63,902 nt of DNA, filler included, from Aduncisulcus paluster (GCA_024181965.1; 6 parts of 6 records of this genome joined end to end with filler, not necessarily neighbours in it), one strand, 5' to 3'; shown: positions 22,127 to 34,602, counted from the first letter of the whole stretch. The notes: a model not told the origin generated them from the letters alone. Numbers and translations: made by a program.

Positions 22127-22914
22127 GAGACTATGTCATCGGAATCGACTTGTTATATTACAATGATGGTGGATGTGAGATAACAGTTTTGGTGGTTAGT
22201 ATTCTTGATAACTCAATTCCTCAAAAATTATAATGGCTTATATTGAGCGCTGAGAATAAATCAGAAACAATCATAAAAGTCAGATATCAGTTATCAAAAA
22301 TGACCAAAAACAACAGTGGGGATCAAGCAAATCATCGACTTCACTCAACCATGATAGCCATGGCATGATCACTGGACACTCAGGAAAAAAATACGATATC
22401 ATAGATTTTCTATACTTATTATTATTGGGATCATACTAATTACTAATTAGTCATAGTATGAATCCCAGCTTTTGGGTTGTCCATATCAGACATATAATAA
22501 TGATCGTCGAAATGACTCATTGCAATGATATTAAACAGGAGATATTTCACTTCAGTATCAATTTCAGAGTACAGTAAGAATAACTTCAGAATAATATGTA
22601 TTGGACAAGCTGAATTCTTCTTCAATTGCCTGTGATCTCAACCTTCCTCGTATTCAATAATAATCAGACGGATATGCCAATATACTTTTCTCAACACTAG
22701 TAAATGAACTGTACTACAGTTCTATAGTATAGAAACGGAGAGATGTAGTGGTCAATACCACAATTGGCAAGTTTTGAAAACTCAGGATAAATTATTAAAA
22801 GACCCACAAACAATAAAAAATCAACCTAAAGTTCATAAAAGTTGACATCATACCATGATTTCAGATGAAACCAAGCAAATAAATAAATCAAAATTCTTCA
22901 ATATGATTAACAAG

Positions 22915-25900
22915 TCATAATTCCTGTTTGAGATCTTTGAGTCGGCTCCGTAACGATTGAAGTGAGATTGAAATCTCCCTATTTTCCATTTCCAATTTTT
23001 TTCTCGCCAAAATGTCGGTTCGGAGTTTCTTTCTTTTAATTGCAATTCGATCAATCCTTCTTTCACACATTTCTTTATCCTTGACCCGTTTCCTGATCTT
23101 TGTTTCAAGCTCATCAATTTCAGAGAATATATCCCTTTTTTTATATGAATGTGTTTTTGATGACCACTGAGATCCAGGAGGCTCATCAGACACAATTGGC
23201 ATCTGTTCACGGTCAAAGCTTCGTCGTTCAAGAATTTTCGGTTGTTGAACTGGATGAGTTGAGTCAATTTCTGGAATAAAAGACATTTGTGGTGTCTTTT
23301 TTAATTCACTATCATTCATAATTGGAGTAGAAGTTGATTTCTCGTGTGGTGAATCATTTTGTAAAACTTGAGCTGCCTTTTCAAACATTGTATCCTTGAT
23401 TGCTCTTTCAAGAGTTTCTTCCCATCGTTTCATTCTTTCATCATACATCTTTTTTTCCTCTTCAATTTCAGCCATCTTCTCTCTTTTCAACCTCTCTTTC
23501 CACACAGAGAGCTTCGATTCTTCCAAATAATTTTGTGAATCGGCCTGTGCGTGAGCTGAACTTGTGGTGGGCGAGTGGAACTGAGACATATCACTTCGAT
23601 GTGTTCCCTGTTGGATTGTTGGACTCGTGACGACAGAAGACATAATGGGATGTAGGGAGGAAGAGTGGAGATATTGCGGGGAGAGAACAGATCCAGGTAG
23701 GTATGCCGATGTAGAATGCACAGGAGAGTGATATGTGGGAGAAGAATACACGGGAGATGGAAATAACGGATAGTACGAGCCGGGAGGTGGGAAAGGTGGC
23801 GATGGAGAGAAGAATGGAGATGGAAAGGTTGGTTGGGAATATTGATGAGTATCTTGTTTCTTTACATGTTTCCTTCGTTTTTTTTCTCGTTTTAACCATT
23901 TTCGACGTTCATATTCTCGACCACGTTTTTCCCACCGTTCCCGTTCTTTTTCTCTTGCAACAATCCGATTCCACTTTGCAATCTCAACATCACTTGGTGT
24001 ATCTTCATGCGAAGATTTGTAATCTTCTTTCGCTTTATGCTTTGAATGTTTTGAATGTTTTGAATGCTTTGAATGTTTTGAATGCTTTGGAGAATGGCCT
24101 TCACTAGTTTCATTCTCTGACTTAAAATCCTCCAACTTTGGCGGAGAATCTCCCAAAATATCATGTTTGTGGATAACAGTATCTATTGATTTGGCCATTG
24201 GATGATGTATTTGTTCAGAAATAGATGAATCAGACTGTTCGATATTCTGGAGAGTTCTTGGAGAACCTTGAACTTGATCAGTTTCGACCATTTGGTATGT
24301 AGACGCCTTTGAAGCATATATTTCGAACATATTTGGAACGCTTTTATACCGATTTGCAGTGAAATCCTTGCTATTATCATCAAAAATATGTTTAGGAAAT
24401 TTATCAGAAATGGTTATTTCCTCACGAATATCAATTTCTGGAGAGTGTTCATGTTTTACAATTATATCTGTGCCCGAATACGAATTTTTATCCTCTTCCT
24501 CTCCTGCATTTGCTTGTGAAGATTCATAACGGATATCTCTCGATTCTGACGCTTTCATCATTTCAGGAGAGGAATCATCCAATTGTTGTTTCTGAGTATG
24601 AATCTTTGCTTCCAATGGTTTGGTTTGACTTTTTTGATCGAGTTTTTGCTCAATAGTTGTCGAAGATTCGCCAAAAGATTGTGAATGAGAGAGTTTTATA
24701 TACACTTGTTCGATCCCTTCAAGTTCTTCAATTTCCTCTTCCTCAGATTCTTCCTCCTCTTCCTCCTCTTCCTCCTCTTCTTCAACCTCGTCTTCCTCTT
24801 CTTCTTCAAATTGCGACACGTTTATCAATGTTGAGCCACTCAAATCGATCCCATCATTTTCATCTTGGTGTTGAATACTCAAATCTCTTTCCATTTTTAG
24901 AAATGTATCAGTATCTTGTCGATCAGTTTCTTCATCTCGATCATCCCCTTCCAGTAAAAAAGATAGCATTGTCGATTTCCGAACTAATCTCTCACCAATA
25001 TCAGAGATCTCACAACTCTTATCTGCCAAAGCCACATGCTCATGAGATTGTGCCCAGATCGTTCCGTTAATCTGTGACGAATCATCTCTTGGATTCGGAT
25101 TACCAAGTATGGGAGCAGGGTCTTCAGGTTTCTCCCTTTTGCTAATCTGAGGCAAAGCGGATGAAGACTTTCGATTCCAAAGGATTTTTCTCTGAAATTC
25201 AATGCATTTTTCCTTCGATACATCTGCGACTAACCGCAAACATTGGTTAAAACATTTATCGTAATTATGAGAAAAAACAACTTCTTTGTTCAGAATTTTT
25301 AATCGAAAATCGGACATTGTCTTCAAAAAAACATCGAGAATTACTTTCCACTCAGATATATTATCTTGTTCAGAGAGAAGATATGTGATCGCAAGCATGG
25401 TGAGATTCACAACAGAAGACAGGGATTTTGAAACGATAAGACAACACAGAATTCTCTGTATAAAATGGCATCTCAATAAAACATCGGAAGCTGACGTGGA
25501 ATAAATTGAATCTATCTCATGAATATGTTTTCGAAGTGGAGAACGGGCTTCACGGACGCACACAGTTTTTTCTTCTTGGACGGACCAAGCCAGTTCACTC
25601 ACAAAAGCAGGAGTCAATTCATAATGCTCAAATATTTTTGATTGATTTCGAAGGATAAAATCGTTTCTAAACCGGAATATGGATAAAAATAAAATAGATT
25701 CTTCTTCTTGGATATAATTTAGAAGAAGAATCAAGGACTCTTCACTTTCAACAAGATATTCACACATGCATTCATATTCATGAAAACAGATGGCACATAA
25801 TAATAAAATACAACGACGCTGGCACTTTGATAGGTGATGTGAAGTATCAACGGCTAAATATCTAAGTGGAGATGGTAAGGAAGCCTCAAAGGACATAATG

Positions 25901-26445
25901 ATGTCTAAATGTGCCATTTCTATCGTTTTATCAATCCAATAGTACGTAAATTTCGGGTTAAATGAGAACGTTGAATCAAATTTTCTAGCAGCAGGTAATT
26001 GTACTTGTTGGGCAGATTGAAGCATGGATTTTTCATTAATTCCATAAAATATATGATTGATTGGCGTTTTTTCCTCCTTTTTTTGACTCTCCAGAAGGTT
26101 TTGACGATGAATTGGTGGAAGTTGACGCTTCAATCGGTTAAATAAAGATCTAATAATAGATTTTTTTGCGAGATAATGAGTAATTGAAGATGGACAAAGA
26201 TGAGGTTTTTGAAGAAAGAGTAACTCCATATTATCAGCGGCTTGAGATAACGAAGCTAGCTCAACATGATAAGTGTCATCTATCTTTGCTTCATCAAAAA
26301 TCACAAGGTCATATGCTTCTAATGCAATTTCACTCGAATTTATATGAGATAATTGTTTTTGAACCTCAATATACGCATTTTCAGAGTAACTCTCTATTCT
26401 GCCCATATCACTTCCAAGAATTGATGTAAGAGACTGCTTTTTCAT
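22915..26445 (-). CDS. Hypothetical 1176-aa protein (helical N-half, acidic tract, (KHS)n repeat, Pro/Ser tract, C-terminal coiled coil)
   Basis: Long open frame from ATG to TGA; no family recognised. Confidence 0.8.
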   Translation of the reverse strand: MKKQSLTSILGSDMGRIESYSENAYIEVQKQLSHINSSEIALEAYDLVIFDEAKIDDTYHVELASLSQAADNMELLFLQKPHLCPSSITHYLAKKSIIRSLFNRLKRQLPPIHRQNLLESQKKEEKTPINHIFYGINEKSMLQSAQQVQLPAARKFDSTFSFNPKFTYYWIDKTIEMAHLDIIMSFEASLPSPLRYLAVDTSHHLSKCQRRCILLLCAICFHEYECMCEYLVESEESLILLLNYIQEEESILFLSIFRFRNDFILRNQSKIFEHYELTPAFVSELAWSVQEEKTVCVREARSPLRKHIHEIDSIYSTSASDVLLRCHFIQRILCCLIVSKSLSSVVNLTMLAITYLLSEQDNISEWKVILDVFLKTMSDFRLKILNKEVVFSHNYDKCFNQCLRLVADVSKEKCIEFQRKILWNRKSSSALPQISKREKPEDPAPILGNPNPRDDSSQINGTIWAQSHEHVALADKSCEISDIGERLVRKSTMLSFLLEGDDRDEETDRQDTDTFLKMERDLSIQHQDENDGIDLSGSTLINVSQFEEEEEDEVEEEEEEEEEEEESEEEEIEELEGIEQVYIKLSHSQSFGESSTTIEQKLDQKSQTKPLEAKIHTQKQQLDDSSPEMMKASESRDIRYESSQANAGEEEDKNSYSGTDIIVKHEHSPEIDIREEITISDKFPKHIFDDNSKDFTANRYKSVPNMFEIYASKASTYQMVETDQVQGSPRTLQNIEQSDSSISEQIHHPMAKSIDTVIHKHDILGDSPPKLEDFKSENETSEGHSPKHSKHSKHSKHSKHSKHKAKEDYKSSHEDTPSDVEIAKWNRIVAREKERERWEKRGREYERRKWLKREKKRRKHVKKQDTHQYSQPTFPSPFFSPSPPFPPPGSYYPLFPSPVYSSPTYHSPVHSTSAYLPGSVLSPQYLHSSSLHPIMSSVVTSPTIQQGTHRSDMSQFHSPTTSSAHAQADSQNYLEESKLSVWKERLKREKMAEIEEEKKMYDERMKRWEETLERAIKDTMFEKAAQVLQNDSPHEKSTSTPIMNDSELKKTPQMSFIPEIDSTHPVQQPKILERRSFDREQMPIVSDEPPGSQWSSKTHSYKKRDIFSEIDELETKIRKRVKDKEMCERRIDRIAIKRKKLRTDILARKKLEMENREISISLQSLRSRLKDLKQEL

Positions 26446-27095
26446 GTATATTATATGATATTATTTAAAAATGTTTCTATTATTCTTTTAAATGTGTCCA
26501 AAATGAAAATGATAGTTTCTTGCGACCCAAAACAAAACAGGGAAAATGGCATCAAAAATAATTATAAGATATCCAAAAATCTGAAAACTTATTAAATTTA
26601 AATACCGCATCGAACTGAAATAAAGATTTAAGAATAAATTGAAACCTATCCGGGATTTTTGAAGGGAATATATTAATATTGATGTCGAATTCTCTTTTTA
26701 AGGAATTTTATTTCTTAAGTGAGTCGGGATAGTTTTCTTAATGATAATTCTTCGCCCTCAGGAGATTTTTTTTTTTTTGTTGTTGATATTCATCTCTTTT
26801 GTGATGAACACCAATGAAGAAATTGATTTTCTTGATTTAATGATGTTTTTTTACCTTTATTCTTTTTGAAATCAATCCCTTTTCCTGCTACTAACCATTT
26901 GTAATGATCAGACCCAAATCCCCCAGAATGTTCTTAAATTTCAATGTGAATAACCATTTCTCCTCATTGTTTCCTTTCTTTTTCATAAATACCCATTTTT
27001 CTTCTGATAATGTTCTCAATATTTCAACAAAAGGTCCATATTAGTGAATCGTGTTCGATTTGTTTGGATGATTTTTCAAATCCAATTCGACTTAA

Positions 27096-27859
27096 ATGGT
27101 ATGTCATTCATTTAATTTTAAGTTTTTATACAATGCTATTGGTTGTATTATTTTGATTTACTTTTATGAACGGCTTTTTCTTGAAGTGGTCATGTTTTTT
27201 GTAAAGTATGTGATTAGAATTAAATTAATTATTATTTATCAATTTTTTATCTCGGATAATAATTTCTTATCTTTTGATATTAGGAATGTATATATTCGTG
27301 GTCAACCCAATCTTCATTATGCCCGATTTGTAGAAAAGAAACAGCAAAAATGGAATATATTGCAAAATCTAAAACCTGTAAAAAAGCTGTAAAGCTTATC
27401 AAAGATCTTAAGGATAAACATGAAGCTGAGGCTGTTGCTGAAGATGATGAAAGTACTTCTGTCGCCCCATTTGAAGGAGGTAGGAGATTCTCCACAAAGG
27501 AAACTATTGATGAACTTGTTCCTGATATTGATATTACCGAAGCTGGAGTTGTTAAAGAAACCGGGCAAAAAGCAAAATCGAAAAATAACCCTCATCGAAT
27601 TATCGGTCTACGGGAACTTCAAAAGGAACAACGAATGCAAGTCATTTCCTCTCTTCAAAATGCTGGAACTGAACAAGAAAGGGCAGCGGCTGAGTTAATT
27701 ATTGAATCTCGTCCATCGCGGAACTGTTGTAATTGTAGTGGTAGGGCCAAGAAAATAATAGGTGTTGTTTCTTCTATTGTCGTACTTTTGTGTTTAGGTG
27801 TGTTTGCCATGTTGCTTTTGGGAGTTGCTGGCCTTGGACCACTGGCTTTCATGTTTTAG
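27096..27859 (+). CDS. RING-HC finger protein with C-terminal transmembrane anchor; first half of RING frameshifted
   Basis: Splicing a GTATGT..TAG intron (27206-27283) gives GHVFCK|ECIYSWSTQSSLCPICRK in frame with ORF 27350-27859, which ends in a Cys cluster and a hydrophobic helix. The upstream CxxC half is disrupted. Confidence 0.65.
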
Positions 27860-27970
27860 AACCGCTCACTGACCCTAACTTTGTTCGTTGCCATTGACAA
27901 ACCCCGAAGCATAGTTGTGGAATATTTATTCTAGGATTTATTCCCCATCTATTCGTGTTAATAAAATGAT

Positions 27971-28585
27971 CTATTTGGATCTAGAATTTTTTTTTGAAAC
28001 AGCGATTCTTTCAACAGGAAGCCCAACGTCTTCTGGAGATTCGTCAGAATAACTTTTTTCGATGTCATCTTTTGTTTCTTTGACCTTTTTCCGAGATTTT
28101 GATTTAGGTTTTCCAGAGGACCGGGTGGATTTATCAAGGTATTTTTTCTCAATTTTAGAGATATCTTCTTTTACATCAGCAAAGTCAATTGATTCAAATG
28201 CCTTAAAAAGGACAGCCATTTCTTTGTTTGAGTGTTTGTTCGTGAGTTTCGATCGCACTCGTTGAATAGGGTCCATGATATCCAATTCTGCATGCCCTTT
28301 ATCGTGTTTAATTTGTTTATCGATCAATTTTTTGAACCCCTTGACCTTTTGATATCGATGACCCTCTTTGTATCTCTTGATTCGATATCTTTTATCAATA
28401 CTTGGAGAAATAAGGGCAGAAGGCAAAACTTTTGCACATTTTTCAATATATTTTGCTCGAGCTTGAGTTCCCTTGCAAATATTTGACCTTGCAACTGGAG
28501 TCGCATCTGCAGTTTGCATAGCTTCTTTCATGACTTTGTGACGTATTGACAGTTTTGATTTTGTCATTTTCATATCAATTCCCAT
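27971..28585 (-). CDS. Hypothetical basic Lys-rich protein, 204 aa
   Basis: Clean ORF between AT-rich spacers; no motif recognised. Confidence 0.7.
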   Translation of the reverse strand: MGIDMKMTKSKLSIRHKVMKEAMQTADATPVARSNICKGTQARAKYIEKCAKVLPSALISPSIDKRYRIKRYKEGHRYQKVKGFKKLIDKQIKHDKGHAELDIMDPIQRVRSKLTNKHSNKEMAVLFKAFESIDFADVKEDISKIEKKYLDKSTRSSGKPKSKSRKKVKETKDDIEKSYSDESPEDVGLPVERIAVSKKNSRSK

Positions 28586-29087
28586 CCTTTCATTATTAAT
28601 ATGGGGAATTAATCGTATTCCTTGTCAAATATATCGCAAATTTTGTTTTTTTGGTCACTGGCAAGGTTTTTTCAAAAAATTCATGTTTATTTGATTTATA
28701 TATTTATCATTATCGAAAATATTAATAATGGCTGTTTTTTCATGAAGAATAGTAAACAGGAGAAAAGTGATAAAAATAATCCGAGNNNNNNNNNNNNNNN
28801 NNNNNTTTCATGACTTTGTGACGTATTGACAGTTTTGATTTTGTCATTTTCATATCAATTCCCATCCTTTCATTATTAATATGGGGAATTAATCGTATTC
28901 CTTGTCAAATATATCGCAAATTTTGTTTTTTTGGTCACTGGCAAGGTTTTTTCAAAAAATTCATGTTTATTTGATTTATATATTTATCATTATCGAAAAT
29001 ATTAATAATGGCTGTTTTTTCATGTAAGAATAGTAAACAGGAGAAAAGTGATAAAAATAATCCGAGTCAATAGCTCTATATCAATAT

Positions 29088-29964
29088 TTACTTGGGAACT
29101 TCCTTGGCAGCGGTCTGACGAACCTCAACGGTCTTAGTGTGCATGTCCATAAGACGGGCCATGTCAAACTTGGGAGCCTTGATCACCTTAACCTTACGGA
29201 TGAAGATGTTCTGAAGGGGGAAGATACCACTGGTTTTCCTCTCAATTTCCTTGGGGATGGCCTCGTTGGTGAAAGTGGGAAGTAAACCCTTAAGATCAGA
29301 AGTGGAGCAACTGTGACGGATGGAGTTCATCATGATCTTACGAAGACGTTTAACTTGAGAAGCTTGAGCGTAGCAAGTCTTCTTGGTCTGACCAGGACGC
29401 TTGGTAGTGAAAGCAATACCGAAGACACGGAGAGTGTAACCATCAGTGGTTTTAACATCGACGTGACACTCAATGGTAGTCTGGCGCTTCTTGAACAAAG
29501 AACGGAGATGGTCAGTGGTCATGTCCATACCAAAGAAATTGCAAAGACACTCACGTCCACGAACATCCTCACACCTCATACGAATCTTACGGTAAGCACG
29601 CTCTTCGTTACCGCTGAGATCAGCAAGGTTCATTTCGTAATGACGGCCCTTGAGGGAATCAGAGGCAATCTTAGTACCAGTGGTACGGGTAACGAGAGTC
29701 TGACCGAAGCGACGAGATTCAAAATGAGCGGGTCCAGTGAGATCATACCACTCCTTCTTCAAGAAGGGGTCCTGGGCCTTCTTCTTTCCTTTTCTTCCAG
29801 AGTAACGCTTGTTCTTTCTAAGAATAATAATATTTAACAATTAATATAAGTAATATCAAATGATATAAGACAATATGAAAAGAGAATTGTAAGTAAGCTC
29901 TAGAAACGATAATAATAAAAAAATTAGAAAGATATAACAATATAAACACTTACCCGAGAGCCAT
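29088..29964 (-). CDS. RPS3A: 40S ribosomal protein eS1 (S3a); intron 29953-29818
   Basis: MALG|KNKR...[10 protein letters not shown]...[13 protein letters not shown]...[21 protein letters not shown]; a GTAAGT..TAG intron restores the conserved start. Confidence 0.98.
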
Positions 29965-30414
29965 GTGATAAAGAAACCAGACACAAAGTCACCAAACAGC
30001 TATTGTGTAAGATATTTTTCTTTGAAAACTATTTTTAGCATTCGACGTGAGAATCAATACATTCAATCAAAACGGCAATAATAATAACACCTAATTCGTG
30101 TCGGCATTATGCCAACAATGTATGTATCATCAAAAAGAATGCATTATTACTCATTTTATTAATGGGATGATTGCAAAAAAAAAAAAAAAAAAAAAACGAA
30201 TTGAAATCAGCAGTATGATTTATTGAAATCGATTGATGACATCTACTCAACATATTTTCGAGATATATAATGTTTTTGTTTGTGAAACCCTATTAATTAC
30301 TAAAAACTCGAAAAACAACTTCTTGCCACAAAAATCATGAGATTCCAAGAATCAAGCCCAACAAAAGGCATGGTTCAAAGTTGAAATTTTATTTCAGTTG
30401 GATTTTAGACGTGT

Positions 30415-31350
30415 CTACACGAAATTAGTACACATTGTAACAAACATGTCAAAAGTCATTGTCATTCCTTGCTTTGTGTATTGAATATACAAAGATCTAC
30501 AAAGGGCCATGGTAGCGGAGAGATCAATAAAATCTTCATAAGCAATATGACCAGTTCTTCTTCTATCCCAAGCCATGGCTAAAGCAGAAATTAATTGAGG
30601 AGTTATAGAAAATCCTTGCTTGGCAAGAATGGCTTGGACTTGTGGGAAAGGAATACGACCTGTCCTGGCGCGATCAATGGCCATGAATTCAGATCTCAAA
30701 CCATTGATAAAAGCGTCAAGGCCAGCGAATTCTTGGAAACAAATACTTCCACGAGCTAAACCATAATCGAATAAACGAATAAGTTTCCTGGCAATACTTT
30801 CTGGGAATACTTTTCCACCAGTAGCAAGAGCACGTGATAATTCAGTAGCATTCACCCATCCAGATTTATCAAGATCGATCATCATGAATCTTTGGCGAAT
30901 TTGAGCCATTTGGGAAGTCAAATAAACGGAATATTGAGCATTAATCCATTGAATTGTGGCATCACGCATGGAGCGATGTACAGCAGCCATGGCAGCATTA
31001 AGTTGACCAGGAACACAATACCCATGTTGAGTTGGCATTCCAGGTTGACCCATGCCTCCAGCTGGCATTCCACCCATGCCTCCAGCTGGCATTCCACCCA
31101 TGCCTCCAGCTGGCATTCCACCCATGCCTCCAGCTGGCATTCCACCCATGCCTCCAGCTGGCATTCCGCCCATTCCACTAGCTGGCATTCCGCCCATGCC
31201 TCCAGCTGGCATTCCGCCCATGCCTCCAGCTGGCATTCCACCCATTCCACTAGCTGGCATTCCACCCATGCCTCCAGTGGGATACATAGCGGGTTGACCC
31301 ATACCTTGTTGGGCCATACCTGGTTGGCTCATTCCTCCAGTTGGATACAT
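30415..31350 (-). CDS. Penta-EF-hand (peflin/ALG-2/sorcin-like) protein with N-terminal (GGMGGMPA)n repeat
   Basis: EF loops [53 protein letters not shown] and a shortened fifth hand; 24-nt repeat at ~31050-31280. Confidence 0.85.
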   Translation of the reverse strand: MYPTGGMSQPGMAQQGMGQPAMYPTGGMGGMPASGMGGMPAGGMGGMPAGGMGGMPASGMGGMPAGGMGGMPAGGMGGMPAGGMGGMPAGGMGGMPAGGMGQPGMPTQHGYCVPGQLNAAMAAVHRSMRDATIQWINAQYSVYLTSQMAQIRQRFMMIDLDKSGWVNATELSRALATGGKVFPESIARKLIRLFDYGLARGSICFQEFAGLDAFINGLRSEFMAIDRARTGRIPFPQVQAILAKQGFSITPQLISALAMAWDRRRTGHIAYEDFIDLSATMALCRSLYIQYTKQGMTMTFDMFVTMCTNFV

Positions 31351-31758
31351 TTTTCTATGAGCAGATTGAAGCGGGGAAATCGGAGATTAATCGTTGTCAC
31401 AATACATTATCAAGATATAATTAAATGAACAAAGTTTAAATTACGTACTATCTTTTCTGTTGTCAAGAGAGAAGTAGAAGAATTCTGAAATACAAAAAGG
31501 GCATTTTCAAATATTATTTAAAGAGAACAACGATATAATAAAAACATGTTCTCGCAAATGATTTTATTTGATGTTGATATAATGTATTACATATTGTTCA
31601 ACGAACTATGGGTTATTATATACATAAATAGTGTGATGGGAGAAAAAGATAATAATAATTAAGCCGATATAGTGTAAATACATGTCATATAAGTCGAATT
31701 ATCAACTAATAAAGCTCCGATAGACGCACTGCCTATTAGACGGTCTAATAACCAGTGG

Positions 31759-33504
31759 TTATTCACAATCGGACTTTAGAACACTGAGTAAAGCTTCCTC
31801 TTTTCCGATAAATATGGAGACAAGTTTCTTTATCTTGGATAACTCCCCATTTGTTAATGTTAATTCTCGTTCGGTAGAAGACAGAGTTTCTCTCTCTTTT
31901 TGAAGTTCTTCTTCATTCTTATGGAGGATGCTCCTGATTCTTTCAAGTTCGAGTTCAAGATCCCTCTCTCTTTCGCGAATACGGCTCATTTCAACTTCAT
32001 GTTCTCTTTCACGTGTTCTTGATCTTTGTTCTTCAAGTTCGAGCTTGTTTTTGAGAGAATCTCTCTCAAAAGACGTTGTGTTCAATTTTTCTTGAGACTT
32101 TCTCAAATCTCGATCGGTATGTTCGAGAGAAGTGGAAGTGCGAGAAAGAGTAGCCTTGAGTTGGGATATCTCTTCCATTGATTGTTTTAATTCTTCAGAA
32201 ACATGAGAATGTCTCCCTTGTAATTCTGCAAGAGCAACTTCCTTTGAAGTTAAGGATTTTTCAACTTTTCTTTGAGATAGTTGAGTTTCTTCGAGAAGAA
32301 GTTGAATGGATTTGTATTCAGCTTGAGAAACTGATAATTCATGCTCAGTATTGGAAAGTCGTTCATTTGTAACACAATGATCGCGTTTTTCAACAGCAAA
32401 TTCCTCTTTAACTCCAGATAATTCTCGAGCCAAAGTTTCTTGTTTAGAAAGAGATTGTACAAGCCTACGACGGAGATCTTCTTCGATGGTCTTGCTCTCA
32501 GCAACTTTCGCTGCCATATCGCGACGAAGGGCTTCAATCTCTCGTTCGTGGCGAGTTTCACTACTGGTCACACGGGAATGTAAGGAAGCCATTTCGGCTT
32601 GAAGAACTCCACTTGTAATTTCAAGCTCTTCAGCTCTTAATTCTGTTAAACGAGCCTTCCTTTCAGCATCATCTTTCTCCAAACCAACACATTCGATAAC
32701 ACTTTTCATATTTTCGAGACTTCTTGTCATTTGAATAATATCCGAATTATGTTTCTCGGCTTCTATGATCTGACTAGCCCTCATTTCTGCCATTTGAGAT
32801 GCATGGACACTCTTGATTGTGTCAAGTTCATCTTCATAGTCGAGTAAACTTTTCCCAAAGGATGACAAACCGCTTTTTCTTTGAAGATTTCTTGAAAGAG
32901 ATTCATTAATTGTTTCCATCGATTCCTCATCAATATCATTTCCATCAAGCTCAACATAGAGGAGAGACATTGAGCTTGCAATACCACAGGCCAAAACAGG
33001 ACCTCCATCGGCACCAATTGCATTCCAGCGCAAATCAAGTTTAACAAGAGATTTACATTCACACATCTTAACAATTGCAGCTGCGGAGTCAGGTTCAAGG
33101 CGACAAGCACGCAAATCGACTGATTCAATTGTCAGAGAAAGGGCGATGGCATCAGCAATAGCAAGAAGACCAGCTGTTGTTTCTCCAACAGATGTCCATT
33201 CGAGGGAAATGTGTTTGATTGTGTGATTTTGTTGGAGGAGAGAAGCAACCAAAATACTTTTTTCATAGCTTAGCTGAACACCTTTGAGATCCACTTCAAC
33301 AATAGATACATTCCTTCTAATTCCAGCAAGGATAGAAGAGAGGCCAGCTGATGAAACGACACAATCAGCAAGAGAAATATGTGTAATTGTGGAATCTTCA
33401 GCAATTGCTTCCCCAAGAGACAGACTGTCAGCATTTGAAAGTTCTTTGCCACTAAGGCTGAGGGAATGACGCAGAGTGCCACGATTTGTGGAAGGTGATG
33501 GCAT
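31759..33504 (-). CDS. LRRC45: LRRC45-like protein (RI-type LRRs plus coiled coil)
   Basis: LRRs including ISLEWTSVG, VDLRACRL, LDLRWNAIG, VELDGNDI, then a ~350-aa coiled coil; architecture and LEW/LRWN signatures match LRRC45. Confidence 0.7.
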   Translation of the reverse strand: MPSPSTNRGTLRHSLSLSGKELSNADSLSLGEAIAEDSTITHISLADCVVSSAGLSSILAGIRRNVSIVEVDLKGVQLSYEKSILVASLLQQNHTIKHISLEWTSVGETTAGLLAIADAIALSLTIESVDLRACRLEPDSAAAIVKMCECKSLVKLDLRWNAIGADGGPVLACGIASSMSLLYVELDGNDIDEESMETINESLSRNLQRKSGLSSFGKSLLDYEDELDTIKSVHASQMAEMRASQIIEAEKHNSDIIQMTRSLENMKSVIECVGLEKDDAERKARLTELRAEELEITSGVLQAEMASLHSRVTSSETRHEREIEALRRDMAAKVAESKTIEEDLRRRLVQSLSKQETLARELSGVKEEFAVEKRDHCVTNERLSNTEHELSVSQAEYKSIQLLLEETQLSQRKVEKSLTSKEVALAELQGRHSHVSEELKQSMEEISQLKATLSRTSTSLEHTDRDLRKSQEKLNTTSFERDSLKNKLELEEQRSRTREREHEVEMSRIRERERDLELELERIRSILHKNEEELQKERETLSSTERELTLTNGELSKIKKLVSIFIGKEEALLSVLKSDCE

Positions 33505-33727
33505 GGATGTTTCAAAAACGTGATATTTCGAAGGGAAAACAATTCCTGGGAAATATAGTAGAATTTACAAAACAATTGGCCAATTTTAAGTTAAAAAACG
33601 TTGTAATATTCCTCATAACGGTTTATAATATAATTTTATCCATTCTTATCGAATTCTAAGGAATTATTCGAAGAACCTCGAAAAATAAAAACAAAGTTAA
33701 TAAGGGACCAAAATATATTTACTATGC

Positions 33728-34602
33728 TTAGGCTGATAACTCAGCAACACCCTCAACAGCGCTGATTTTCTGGCAGGCGATCTTGGAGAATTCCTTTGCA
33801 CGGATAATGACTGGGCACTTAGGAAGACGTCCACGACCAAGAACCTTGTGGAAACCAAACTTAGTAACATCGATCACGAGAGCATTCTTTGAATCCTTGG
33901 CCTCGAGATGTTGAGAACGGAGCTCTTCAGGAACAAGGGTCCAGATTTGGTCGAGGTTGATGGTAGGGCAATGGTATTCACCAGCACGAACATGGTAGTG
34001 GCGCATACCCTGCTTTCCCAAGGAACCGGGGTGGCTATATTATATTATTAAAAGATTGTGTAATTACGAAAAAATTATTGACAAAGAAAAAGATAAAAAA
34101 AATATTATGAGAATACCATATAATTGAACAAAAAAAAGCATATCTTGAAACAATACTACAAATACATACAATTTCAACATGAATGTTCTGTGGTGATGGA
34201 AACCACCGGCCTTACCACGACCACCGGGGTGGCAACGATGTTTACCGATACGACCATGACCAGCAGAAACATGTCCTCTCTTCTTTCTGTTCTTAGACAA
34301 GCGGCTCACCTAAAATATTGTTAGTTTGATAATGAAGGATCCAACAAGACCAAGAATTATGAATAATAAAAATTAAGGAAGAAATAACAAAATATGAATA
34401 ATCTAAGGTGTACATANNNNNNNNNNNNNNNNNNNNCATGACCAGCAGAAACATGTCCTCTCTTCTTTCTGTTCTTAGACAAGCGGCTCACCTAAAATAT
34501 TGTTAGTTTGATAATGAAGGATCCAACAAGACCAAGAATTATGAATAATAAAAATTAAGGAAGAAATAACAAAATATGAATAATCTAAGGTGTACATACC
34601 AT
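33728..34602 (-). CDS. RPL27A: 60S ribosomal protein uL15 (L27a); exons 34602-34600 (ATG only), 34309-34170, 34034-33728
   Basis: [31 protein letters not shown]...[16 protein letters not shown]...KVLGRGRLP. Intron 1 appears long because 34437-34597 is a gap duplication. Confidence 0.97.
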
